A stretch of DNA of 64,000 nucleotides from Enoplolaimus lenunculus (taxonomy: Eukaryota), in contig JASANG010002125.1 in assembly GCA_030248215.1 (NCBI GenBank), positions 248,001-312,000 of the forward strand, written 5' to 3'. Below the pieces are notes generated by a model. It was not told where the DNA came from. It made no database searches and saw only the letters and a program-made list of their open reading frames with translations. The translations under genes were made by a program, and so were the position numbers. Positions 37,118-49,544 of this stretch are shown piece by piece (within the stretch, counting starts at the first letter, position 1; each line of letters opens with the position of its first letter).

Positions 37118-38919
37118 ATGAATAAATTTCAGGCGGTAGGATCTGCTGGTATGAACGGTTGGCATTCGCTTGGCGGAAGTATTAGTGGAGCGATATTCGG
37201 CGATCGCAAAACAACCCTTTCAACTGTTGATACAACGCCGACAGAAAAAGCGAGCCTTTTGGATCCGATTTCGATCGCAAGCACAACAGCAACCTCAAGG
37301 TAAAGCTGAATGTTCGTGTCGGTTTTGTTGTAATGTTTCAACCATACTCAAATTTATTTATATTATTTAGGTTTGTTTTTTGGACCCATGTTACTTTAAG
37401 GGGCGTCGAGGTTTTTGCTGGGTCTATAAAAGAGTAGGTTTAGATTGTAGATTACCTTTTTGCTTAGGCTTAGGCTTAGGAACTCATTTTTGCAACACTT
37501 AGACTTAGGCTTAGGAATACACTTTATGTACTGTTACGCCCTTTAAAGTAACATTGGCCGTTTTTTGTAAATAAGTCGAGAAACTCTAAAATGAAGGTAG
37601 TGCAACAAAACAATATTATTAAACAGTCGCTTTTTATCGTTTACCAACACGATATTTTAGCATCAATATAAACGCGGCGAAATATTTTTCTGTGGAACCC
37701 CAATACAGTATAATTTTAAGCATTAACCTAGTCACTGTTCTAAACATTAGCTGAAACCCGCAAGTAGTACGAGTTTTCAAGATGAATTGAAGGGAGCCAT
37801 TATGGATACTGCAATAGTTTTGCAGCAAATGTGTTGTTCAAAAATAATTTTTCGTTTTAACTTTTATTTGTTTTTCCATCATTTTTATTGAATTAAATGC
37901 TTAGCTAAATATTTATTCAGCAAACTGATGAAATTCATAATTTTTACAGAATATCGGCAAAATCCAACAACAGTTCGAAACTTTTGGATTCAAGCGACGA
38001 TGACTGGAACTGGTGCTCAAATTACTCACAGTAAGAGTTGATTTTAATTTGATAACTTTCTATACATCTCGATACAACAAAAATTACTTAGATACGTCAG
38101 CGTCTTCGCCTTCAAAACCAAAACCTTACCCTATGTAACCGGTGTGAGACCTATGGGTATAATGGGGCCCATTATATTAGGGGGATACGACATATGCTTT
38201 ATACTACTGTTACTGTCCTGTTTTGTACATTGGTTACGATTGCTTAGCATGCAGTTGTTAAAACAGTTAAAGCGTTTAATATTTGATTTTTTGTTCTTTT
38301 TAGGCAAAAACATGACGTTGCCCGTTCGGCAGCGAGTCAATTTACCAAGTCTGGTCTTCCAAAATCATCACAACCAATGCACGAATTCTTTAATCCGCTA
38401 TCAACGTCTTGTCAAAGTATTAACCCGACAAAGTTGCCTAACAGTTCAACCGAGCAGCTACCTACGCTTATCAATGGTGTTAAGTCAACAGATTCAATCC
38501 AATCTCAACCTACAAACACTTATCAGCGCTCAGAGCTTATGATATTTGAATCCGCATTGATACAAAATTCAAACTCCACCGCTCCTATGTCAACAGTCTC
38601 TGCAACCGCCGTTGCTTTAACGCCATTGGCTGATTCGGCACGAACAACTACGACAGAAGATCGAAAGCCAACGTCCCTTGCACAGAAGAACGACGAATTT
38701 GTGCGCCAAAATGCAAATTTATTCAGCAATGACGCTGACAACAAAGAATCGCAACCGGTGTCACCTTCAAGCTGCACGACCGCCAGTGAATCGTTTGCGA
38801 GCAAAGAAGAAAAGTTACTTATCGATTTCGAGTGCCCTGGTTCAAATCGCAATATTATTATTAATAACAATAATTGGGCACAAAGTGATCTTTCGTTTTG
38901 GCAAATGCTTGAAAGCTGA
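37118..38919 (+). CDS. Uncharacterised disordered Ser/Thr/Asn-rich protein or C-terminal part of the gene above (exons 37118-37299, 37950-38030, 38304-38919)
   Basis: Exons splice in phase 2/2 to about 292 aa, MNKFQAVG...LLDSSDDDWNW...KLLIDFE...WAQSDLSFWQMLES*. Strong acceptors (tttcag, tttttacag, tttttag). The long last exon contains the 180-aa ORF at 38377-38919. Confidence 0.7.
37383..37559 (-). mobile_element. TTAGGC-carrying MITE, family B
   Basis: Both TIRs present; perfect TSD GTTTTTTG. Confidence 0.85.
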
Positions 38920-40412
38920 CATTACTTTGAAATTGAAAATTAATTTTTGACCAGTTCTGGTATTCACGTCTATACATTTATTTAATTATGTTTCAGATAC
39001 AACTGGAGGTTTGCCAAGGCTCCGAAACCCCAGTCTCGGTTTGAGACTTTTGCCGCAAGCTCCGGCGATTTCGGTACTGCGATTTTTCGTATTTTCTCAA
39101 AACCTGTACCGTTTAGCAAGTTGATTTCAAACATTAGGGTAGTTTTGAAAGCTGTATAATTGCACAGATATCTTAAAAACAAGCTTATCAGCGAATTTTT
39201 ATTAACGCATTTGCAATGCAAATACAACAACATTTTTGTATCCCAACTTTGTTTCACCTCCGGCTCTTGTTCCGGCTCCTGTTTCGCAAAATTTGTTGAC
39301 CTTTGGCTCCGGTTTTTTCACCTCCTCAGTCAACCTTCCGCTCAGAGTTAACTCCCAAAGCAACAACATCTAAACCTGTATTTTGTGAGTCGCTTACCGA
39401 TAATATTACATTTGGCCATCGTTCCCGTAAGGGGCGTAATAGTAGCATAAGCATATTCCTAAACCTAAACCAAGTTGTTACTACAAATCTAAAAGTAAAA
39501 CTATTAGGCGTAAGCAAAAATAGTCTCAAGATTAGGTTTAGTCTAGTGCATACCCGCAAGAATATGGAATACTTCTAAGAGGAACATAAGCCGGCCAAGC
39601 CCACAAAGATTACTAAAATTATATCTTAGCTTTAAATAGAATGTGTATTAAAATATGAAAATTGTTTTGCTCGGAACGAACAAATAAATCACTGTTTTAC
39701 CTAATTTTCGCTGGGTTCCGTATTTTGAACTGTAGAATTTTACCGTTTCATTGGGAAAAAGCGCTCAATACACGACACCATACTGTAATTTTCAGATTCA
39801 AATAAAAAGCGTCGTAAGAATAAACAATTAGCTTTCTATTTGATTCTTATAACACTAAAAGTTGATAAAATAGACAATAAAAACTGTCTAAAATTCGGTA
39901 TACTGTAGCTGAATTGTGGTTTAGAAAACAAATAAAGGCTGCTATACAATTCCCCCCTATTTCTGCAGGATAAAGCTTATGGTGCCGGTGCACTTAGAAA
40001 AATATTTTAAAGTCTATAGCGACCCTCAGGGTTGCGCTGTACTTTACTGAACCGGACGTCGGCGCGTGCCGGCGTCCGGCAGCGTGCGACGAGTATAGCG
40101 CAGCCCTTCGACTTAGATAAAGGCTTACACAACGATTTAGAGTGGTGCTATACTCGACGTAGTCATGATATATAAACCTAAACATAGTGCACTTTCAGGA
40201 CCGACGTTAGAATATTTGATGCCCCCAAACAGGTCCGAGGAGCCCCCAATAAATTGTTTCACAGCTACAATTTTTGGTCGCAAAAAATTTTCCGTTTGCA
40301 AAAATACGATCCCTCAAGGGTTCGGCCTCTCCCATTGTGAGGTTTGGGGAGCGCATCCGCCGGCACTGGGCTCCTCAAAGTCATACTACATACGTTTACT
40401 TTCAACAATTTG

Positions 40413-40600
40413 GGCCCATGTACAAATCAGGGGCGGAACGTTTTTCTGCTGCGGTAGATGCAATAGAGTAAGCTTAAGCTTTATACTAATTTTTTGCGTA
40501 GGCTTAGGCGTAGGTATAAGCTCAATCTTACTGCTAAGCGTAGACTTAGGCTTAGGAATACGTTTATAGTACTGTTACGCCGCTGTTCTAAACATAGGCT
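40413..40600 (-). mobile_element. TTAGGC-carrying MITE, family A
   Basis: Both TIRs present; TSD ACAATTTG/ACCATTTG. Confidence 0.8.
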
Positions 40601-41014
40601 ACCATTTGCTACAAGGTCATTTCTGCACTAAAAGAAACATGGGCCCAGCATATAAAAATACAAGATTTGCGGTAATACCAGATACATCACAAGTTAAGCA
40701 GATCCCACCGTTTAAGTTATTTAGCAAGTCCACGTTCACAAGTACGCAACCTGTAAAAACCATACCTGAAACATTCTTGAAACCGTTTGGTTCTTGTACA
40801 TTTTTCCTGTTAACGTTAAACAGTAAGGCTTAGACTTCGGCTAAGATTCTGGTTCAAGCAAACGCTTTTAGACAAAAGTTTGAGCTTAATAGGCTTGGGT
40901 AAGCCGTTTCTCAAAACCAAAGTCTGAGTTTAAGCGTTAGCTTGTGGAGGAAAAGTGTACAACAACAGCCCAACTTTTAAATATTTTGCTACCACCCTTA
41001 CGTATCAACAGGCC

Positions 41015-41220
41015 GGCCAATGTAAAGAACAGGGGCGGAACAGTATTTTAAGCATATTTTTGCCTAACCCTAAGCCTAAGCCTAAGCGTAAGCGCAAGAA
41101 TGAGCGTATTCCTAAGTTTAAGCCTAAGCCTAAGCTAAGCGAAAAAATTAGTCTAAACCTTAAGTTTCCTTCAATCTAGTCTTACAGAAAAACGTTCCGC
41201 CGCTGATGTTTACATGGGCC
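41015..41220 (+). mobile_element. TTAGGC-carrying MITE, family A
   Basis: Both TIRs present; TSD AACAGGCC/AACGGGCC. Confidence 0.8.
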
Positions 41221-41398
41221 AACGGGCCCGTAGGGGTGGAGGGCTAGGGCGGTTCAGCCACCATGCAATAATTTTGGCTCCATGGAAAATTTTCAACCTT
41301 GCTTGTAAGTCATCAAAAACCTTTGTATGTCCGTCCGGAAAAATGTTTAGCCCTCCCAGTAAGGTGAGATGGCTATGAGCATCATGAGTACCAAACGC

Positions 41399-44300
41399 TC
41401 AACAACTATGCGTAACTTCAACAGGACCCGATGTTTGATCAGAAAACCATTCAGATTCTTGTTTTTCAATCATTGCCCTGATATAGACAACTTGAATCAA
41501 GCTTGTCGCAACTAAAACCATACTAATTAGCGATGACCACATTGAAACGGAAAAATTAAGCTGCTTGCCGATTTCGTGCGACGACACTTGTTGCGTTGCT
41601 CCGAGTCGCGCAGAAATTGTATGCCGATGAATACTGCGACTGATTTGAACAAGCGATCGCTGAAAATATCTGATGCATGAAACCTTCCCATTCCATATAT
41701 TCACTGCAAAAAATGGTGAGTTAAATTGACTCACTCCGAAATATGCTCTACGGAACCACACAAACTGAGTCAAATTCGACTCCGCCGGAGTTAAACGTGC
41801 AACTCAGTGAGTCGAATTTGACTCAGTTTATGTAGTCCCGTAGAGCTTATTTCGGAGAGTCAATTTTAATCACCATTTTTTGCAGTGTAGAATAGTATAA
41901 GCAAATCGGCACAACCTCAGCGTTTGAAAAGTTAGCTGCGTTGTCGGTTCCGCCTGAAGTTGCAGGGAAATTGCTATACTCAATGACTTATTGCTTTGTG
42001 CTTTGGCATGTACAGTTTTCGTTTTAAACTTTATTTTCAAGCAATACAGACCATTGAAAAGCATCAGAACATGGGTCTTAGTATAGATAAAGAACGGACC
42101 GTTTTCCGCGGGTCTGCAACAGAGTAAGCTTAACCTTTAGACTAATTTTTCGAGCCCGGTACATTGGCCAAAACATGTTACAATGTTTCTCGACAATCTC
42201 GTTTAATGCCTTCATTTTTAAATTTAATTTCGAAAACGAAATATATACTTTTATATACTGACCTCCGATCTATGAGTCCATTTGTCGCGTAATTGCTTCA
42301 AATCTTCACGAAGTGCTTCAAAATCCATGCCAACAAACATATCGATCATAGCATCAATGACAAAAATTGTACTTTCATTTTCAATACAAAATTCATAATT
42401 TCCTGATAAAATACTTAAGTAACAGTGCAATCATGATTAGAATGAGACGAAATTTAACTATACAAACTTTCGCCAATTTTATCCTAAATGCCGTCCCATT
42501 TTCGTGGGACAGCAATGTACCAGGAGTACACACTACAAATATATATAATTGGGACAGCGGGACAGTTGGGAAAGCGGGACAATAGGGACAGCGGGACAGG
42601 ACAGTTGGACAGTTGGACAGTAGAGGCAGTGGTACAGTTGGGACACCGGGACAGTTGGGACCGCGGGAAAGTTGGGATAGTTAAGACAGCGGTACGGTTG
42701 GGACAGCTGGGACAGAGGGGCAATTGAGACAGTGGGACAGTTAGGCAGTTGGGATAGCGGGATAGTTGGGACAGCGGGACAGTTGGGACAGTGGGGACAG
42801 CTGAGATAGCGGGACAGTTGGGACAGCAGGACAGTTGGGATAGATGGGCCCACAACAAGGAAAAGCTCCTCGACGTAGATAAATTTTAACACTTATCCTG
42901 CTCAGCGTCAGTGTTCCTTGAAACTGTGGATCAAGGCGTGCTGCATTCCCCCGAAAGGAAAGTAAAAACTGCCCCTGTCACAGGTGCATTTTTCCCCGTC
43001 CATTTCTCCCCGGAAAAATCCACCTATGTGCAATTTTCCCACCGGAAAAATCCACCTAGGTGCAATTTTCCCTCCGGAAAAATCCACCTATGTGCAATTT
43101 TCCCCCCGGAATAATCCAACTTGATACATACCAGGTAAATGCACTTGGGTTTAAATGAAAATCAACAAATCATTATCATCCAGATATTATAAAGTTGCTA
43201 CTATTCAATGCAATAAAATCGCATTTGGTGATGATTATATAAAAGAAGCTTAAAGTTCAATAATTCGGCAGGCACACTGCACAAGTTGTGGGCTTGATAC
43301 AAAAATCTCTCCTTTAAAGATAATGTATTTTAGAGACCCTTATAGGTCAGCTGAGACGCAAGATATGGCTATGCTGATGAAGCTTCGAAATGAACTTGAG
43401 CAAGAAGTTGCAAGTAAAATTAAGGTAGCTCAAGCAAAACAAAAATCCGCATACGATCGCAAACAGTACACTCGCATTTAGTGTAATCCTTGGTGGGCAA
43501 AATGGACCTCGATGGAATTTTTTCGTTCGGGGCGCAAAATACACCTAGTTGGAGTTTTTCCGCTGAAAAAAATGCAACTAGATAAAATTTTCCGGGCGGA
43601 AAATTGCACCTAGGTGGATTTTTCCGGGGGGGGGGGAAATGGACGGGGGGGAAAATGCACCTGTGACACCCCTACTACACCACATTTTCATTATATATAT
43701 TGGGGTCACGGCGCTATCGTAACACGGACCCAAAAATAAATAAATAAATAAAACGAAAGAAAAAAAGAAACAAAGACAGAAAAAAGTCGGATAATTTTTA
43801 TTTTCACTTTATAGACCGATTGTACAGATGTCACCGCACCCAGCGCCTCCGAATCTTAGTAGAAGTCAGGTTATAGTAGCTGGGATCACATTTCTGGTGT
43901 GAATGTGTGAGCTTTCGGGCTGCACAGAAATTTTTGGGTCAAGATCTTGGCGGAGAGACCCCGAACGGGCTGGTGTCGGCAGACACAGCCTTGGTTCGGA
44001 AGGTTCTGAGCTGGAAAGAGCAGCCCTTGAAGTATCGGCGCTTTGGAGAGTTGCTGCGTGGGTATGTGCACAGATTCAAAATCTGCTTAAAGTTTCAAAA
44101 AGTATAAACATTGCAGATTGGTCCTGGGTGAGCTGTGGAGGCTTCCGCAGCATAATTTATCTGCTTCGCGTTGCTTAGGCTTAAGCGATCCACCCGCATG
44201 GTGGGGACCTAAGCCTAGCTCCCTTTATATATAGCATTTATCACACACATTAAGTTGCACTAATTCATTTCAGACCGGTCTGTACTCTGTGTCTTAATTT

Positions 44301-47300
44301 CGTTCTTATTTTCCAAGTCTCGCTTTTCTGATGTCTCCGCTGGGTCGACCCGCCTTTTTCTTGGCTTCTTGAGTGCTGGTCTAGTCACCCGCGGGTCGCG
44401 TAAATACGTTGCTTAGCGTGCATAAGCAATGTGGAGTACGTATTTTAGCCCTGAAGTGAATTGGTGCTAGTTGAATATTAAGGGTATTTTATTGATTTAG
44501 CAAGTAGACCGCAGTCGAAAAGGAAATAGTATCGGAAATTTTACCCAGTTGATAAGTAGTCCGTGAATATTGATATCGATTAGAATTAGCAAAGCGTACG
44601 CGTTTTACCTAAATTTGTGATGGTGTGTCGATAAGTTTCGATTAGCGCGAGCCGAAATTCTTTAACAGCTCGCTCAGCCTGTTTAGCTCGCTGTTATCTA
44701 ATTTTACCCGTTGTCACCTAGCTTGGTGACAGGCGCTTTCTCTAGTCAGGTTCCATCCACCGTTGTGACGGCCTGGTTGCATCGCTGTGCATGGGCGATT
44801 CTGAGCATTAGCGGCTTGTGGCTACGCTTAGGCTTAGGGCTGTTGACTGAACTTAGCCACTTTGGTTAGTTGCTCTTAGACTGAGGCGGAGTTGTTTTGC
44901 TCAGAGCGCACATGAGTGGCGATATAGCTCAGGCCGGGAGACCTTTATGTTGGAATCCACGTAACTCTCTCGTGTTGGTGACCTTCGGACTTACCTATCC
45001 CAGTCACGGGACACCGTAAAACTGAAAGAGAGCTATCTAATTTTCCATCATAGGTCAAAAGTTGCCGAGGATAGGCGGCCATAAAACTTTCAGACTTATA
45101 CCGATTCGTTAGGAAATATTGTAACGACACTCATTCGACCAAAAACAGCACAAACAAGTTCCTTACAGCTTGAAGTATGCTTTAGGCTCCGGTATATGCT
45201 GATTCTTACACTTAGGCATAGGCTTGAGAATATGCTTTACTGTTGCGGCACTGTTCTATACACTGGTCCCAGTTGAAAAGATATTGCAAACATGATGTTC
45301 AACTTTGTTATCCATAATTGCAATTTTCTCATTTATGGATATTGTGTCAACTATAATTCGTAGCCTAAATCCGAAGGTTGACCTTTAGAATCCAGAATGT
45401 TATTTAAGCCGTTAAAAATATTGTTATCTTTATTGTTTTAAAAATACAAGTAGGGATGCCCTGTATTTTAACCGCTGTATAAGCGTATGAAGATTGTTGT
45501 GTACGTTTTTTGGTGCTTCGCAAGATTTTTTCGCCATTTCGTATTTTTTCTGTTTGACAAAAATAAATAAATTCTTGAAATTTGGGCCAATGTAAAGAAC
45601 AGGGCCCGAACAGTATTATAAGCATATTCGTAGCCTAAGCGTAAGAATGAGCATATTCCTAAGCCTGAGCCTAAGCCTAAGCCTAAGCGAAAGAATGAGC
45701 ATATTCCAAAGCCTAAGCCTAAGCCTAAACCTAAGCCAAGCAAAAAATTAGTCTAAAACTTAAGCTTTACTCTTTTCTAGTCCCACAGAAAAGCGTTCCG
45801 TCCCTGATACTTAAATGGGTCAACTTTTGTAACAATAATCGTCTAAAAAGTAGCACAAAATAATAGTTTATAAATTGTTCATTTAAACATTACATAACTT
45901 TATCGTAAGTAGAGGCAATTGTTAGGGCAGCGCTATACCCGCCTCGTGTCGCCGGACGCCGCTGCGCGTCACCGCATACCACCAGACAGATTTTGCCTAT
46001 ATTTTTGTGAGCAAAGCGTGGCTGTGGGCAGCGGCGGGCGACGACGTCCGGTACAGCAAAGTATAGCACAATCCTTATTCTTCGCAGTAAGGAGGTACCT
46101 GTGCTATTAATTGGAATCTTGAGATCATGTAAGTGTTGTTCCATCCTTGGAAATGGATATATCTTATTTGTTGGGTTTCGAACAAACAACGAAAATGCAG
46201 CTTTGCTTGGATCGACTACCTTAAAACATGCAAAATACATAAATACGACACACCGAATTCACACAAAACGTATAAAACGCATCACCCTTGCTTTTATTGG
46301 GGTCAACTATAAATCACCACTGCCGTGTTTGAAAATGCGGCTTAATATACACAAATTTTTTAGTATCATGTCAGAACAGGAGGTCGGACTCCGGCTCGGG
46401 CAAAAAAATCGACCTCCGGCTCCGGCAAAAAATCGACCTCCGGCTTCGGCTCCGGTTTTTTCACATCTGGTTACACCCTGCGTTGCATATGTTACGTAGA
46501 ACATGAACTAATTGATCCATTAAACTCTAAATAGAAAAAGCCTAATATTCTCAAATATTTTATTCGAAATCAGTTCTACCAAGAGTGGATGATGTCCACC
46601 TGGCAGAAGAGTGTGCAACTGCTTGGGCTGTGCGTGGTACTAAATGTACCTGCACACGTTGCATTTTTGTTAGACCCCCACTCAATCAGGGGGGGTTAAG
46701 CAAGAGATTAACAGTATGCTTCAGTACACTTACCCCCCTTAAACAAGGGGGGTACAATTTGCTCCTAGCATTAATACGACATAAAATTGCATACGGATCC
46801 CCCTAAACAAGGGGGGTAGGCCAAAAACGCAACGCGTGCCGAGTATACTCTTTAATACACAGAATGTACCCAGTTGCACACTCTTATTATAAAGAGTGAT
46901 CATCCACTCTTGGTTCTACCAAGCGTGGATGTTGCATACTAACAAGAGTATGCAACTGGGCACATTCTGTGTAGAAAAGAATGTACCCAGTACTTGCTGC
47001 GTTTTTGGCCTACCCGCTCTTTTATTTAGAGGGCCGAACAACCATGACAACCATGACACTTCATCCATCCGGCAACAAATTGCTCCGCTTATAATTTAGT
47101 TTAGGGTTATTGCATGTGACAGCGACCCCCCTCTAAACAAAGGGGGATCGGCCAAAAACGCAACGCCCGGCGGTACATTTTGTACCATGCGGAACCCAAA
47201 GAGTTGCACACTCTTGTATCATGCACTCTTGGTTCAAGACATGGAATTAGCATATTATCTTAATTATTTATCGAATGAATATACAACATAAAATACAAAA

Positions 47301-49544
47301 ACACAATAACCAGTAAAAAATTGTCTACAAGATCATATAACGAAACCTAAGCCTAGATACAGTATTGTCAAATGTGTGTAGGACACCTAACACCAGTTGG
47401 TGATAGGATTGGTAGCTTTCTAAGCCAGTAAAAATTGTATGAGGTTTGAGATTTAGCATATTTTTCACATTTGATTTATCCTGCTTTTGTGCCAATTTTG
47501 AGACCCGCAATTGTATCTTTGTCAGTTCGAAACCCAATCGCTTATACTGGTAATAGACACTATACGGCATTTGATAATAGGGGACTAGGTCCTAAATCAA
47601 GTATGCATCGCATAGACCGTGTCTCAAACAGGTTTTATAACATATCTTTACGGTTCGACTAACCTGTATACTCAATATCAACGACTGATTTTTATAAAAG
47701 TGTTCAAAAAAGCAAAACTCTTCCACTGGACCAACTTTAAAGCGTAAACTTTTAATATTAAACGAGAGGCCGGTCTCCGCCGAATCCCATTCATGATTTT
47801 GATCCCAGATGTCACTCGCTTGCCAATCGTAGTCAGAAAACTCTGCGCTGTCAGACGGCGTTCGACCACCGTAAAAGTTGTTGTCACGTTTGTTCATTCT
47901 GAAGCCTCCGCCATAATCTCTGCCACCGTACAACGGATAACTATCTTCATAGCTGTCTTTGTAGTTTTCTTCGTAGCTGTCGTAATCACTGTCGGCTCTT
48001 GGTTGATCTTTTGACTCCAACAACTGTTTGATGTTTCTGTCATCAAGTTCTCCAACGTCTTTGTAGATTTGTACTGGTTTGGAGCTTGTTTCTAGGCGTT
48101 GTTCCAAGTTTGGCGAAGTCTTATTGATGTGTTGGCTTGTTGATTTGTCAACATTCACACCAATTGGCGCATCGTTCCCACGTTTGACCGCTTCTTGAAT
48201 TTCAGGCAGTTTTGTTGTTACATATCTTTCTGTCTGATTATTTTTGAAATCTGCCACGATGACGTCAGGAGGAACAGCGCCTGGAAAACTGAAGCGCTGC
48301 TCTGTGTGACATCATAAACATGAAAGACAGTTTTTGTATCAAAAGTAACCGAGATTGAAATGGGGGCCCATGCATAGAACAGGACCGGAACGTTTTCCGG
48401 CGGGACTGTTATAGAGTAAGCTTAAGCTTTAGACTATTTTTTTGCTTAGGCTTAGGCTTTAGTCTTAGGCTTAGGCTTAGGTTTAGGCTTAGGAGTTTCT
48501 AAAAGCATACTCCAAACACGCGCGTATAGGCAGAGGGCCCGCGGTTCGTCAAAATTAGACTCGGTATTTAAGGTGGGTAGGACATACTTACATTTGATAC
48601 AAAAATTACTTCTGACTTCTTGCTCGTGAGCTTTTTCATTGTCCTACTTTTCAAAAATTTACATTTCGGTGCTATTCGAAGGCAAACTTAAGGGTCAAAT
48701 TCCCACACCGGACGAGTGCGAAACCAAATTCTGTATTGAGATTTGTATCAAAATTGCGTTTAGCTTCAAGCTCATTCTGTTCGGACTCCTGGTGCCCCGG
48801 CCAATGTTACTTTAAGGGGCGTAACAGTAGATTAAGCGTATTCATAAGCCTAAGCCTAAGCCTAAGCGTTGCAAAAACGTATTCCTAAGTCTAAGCCTAA
48901 GCCTAAGCAAAAAAAATGTAATATAGAACCTAAACCTACTCTTTTATGGACCCATCAGAAACCTGGACGCCCCTTAAAGAAACGTGGGCCATAGTGGAAA
49001 CATGGGCCATAGAGGTAAGCTTTTTGCTCGTCTCTTCAATTTATGATCTATAGCGGACGATTCGGTCCAGTTACTCGGCCGCAAAATTAAGACAGTTTTA
49101 ATAGAGCTCGACAATATGGTGCCGGAGCAGAACTCGATGCTCGAAGCCAAAATCCATCTCTCGCCAAAAACAATTTGATCATCCTCTGCTAAAGCCTCTA
49201 AATTTACATATGCATGGGGGGTAGGGTTCGGATTTGATGCTCCCACCCCCAATTTCAATTTCTTGAACGCACCGCTGACCGCAGAAAAACAGCTATATAA
49301 AGGAGCATCAAATAGATCTTTCTACACTGTGAACTCGCTTTTTTGAGCAATTTTACTTACCCCGCTCTTTGAGCAAATCTTTGTATCTTGAGTCATTAGT
49401 CTCATTAGCAAGAAGTGGTTCTTGTTGACCATATTGAACTACAAACGCAACTGTGACCTCATAAAAAGCAAACAAAATAAAATAGAGCTGGATTAATTCA
49501 ATGCCTACGTTGTGGAAGTTTCGTCCTCTCAGCGTCCAAGCCAT
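41399..49544 (-). CDS. p24/TMED (emp24/gp25L) family GOLD-domain type I membrane protein with a long N-terminal luminal extension (exons 49544-49361, 48280-47664, 46219-46099, 42402-42263, 41659-41399)
   Basis: Hydrophobic N-terminal stretch (IQLYFILFAFYEVTVAFVV). GOLD motifs FKVGPVEEFCFFE, LFVRNP and GNYEFCIEN. Coiled-coil linker (EALREDLKQLRDK). p24-type membrane segment NFSVSMWSSLISMVLVATSLIQVVYIR. All junctions are GT-AG and in phase. Confidence 0.85.
41702..41887. mobile_element. Family E MITE in the last TMED intron
   Basis: Same TIRs. Confidence 0.8.
42550..42842. repeat. Degenerate GGGACAG(TT/C) 8-9-bp tandem repeat
   Basis: Direct inspection. Confidence 0.9.
42976..43668. mobile_element. 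Ginger-like non-autonomous DNA transposon
   Basis: TGTCACAGGTGCATTTT...AAAATGCACCTGTGACA long TIRs; CCCC on both flanks; subterminal CCGGAAAAATCCACCTA(T/G)GTGCAATTTT repeats. Confidence 0.65.
43701..45130 (-). mobile_element. Possible solo-LTR-like insertion (boundaries uncertain)
   Basis: GC-richer block in a TMED intron. The minus strand has a TATATAAAGG box at about 44222-44231, an AATAAA at about 43800, then a T-rich tract. No clean TSD found. Confidence 0.3.
45585..45821 (+). mobile_element. TTAGGC-carrying MITE, family A
   Basis: GGCCAATGTAAAGAACAGGG...; internal duplication of the AAGAATGAGCATATTCC+(CTAAGC)n module. Confidence 0.8.
46579..47233 (+). mobile_element. Bipartite inverted-repeat element (two TIR-bounded subunits)
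   Basis: CCAAGAGTGGATGATG ... CACTCTTGGT, with an internal CACTCTTGGTTCTACCAAG junction at about 46905-46922. Confidence 0.7.
48799..48990 (+). mobile_element. TTAGGC-carrying MITE, family B
   Basis: GGCCAATGTTACTTTAAGGGGCGT ... ACGCCCCTTAAAGAAACGTGGGCC. Confidence 0.8.

Noticed and set aside
38523..38870. Antisense ORF (also 47793-48014 and 54481-54696)
   Set aside because: Shadow frames of coding exons on the opposite strand.
42484..42892. Pro/Cys-rich ORFs
   Set aside because: Derived from the GGGACAG tandem repeat.
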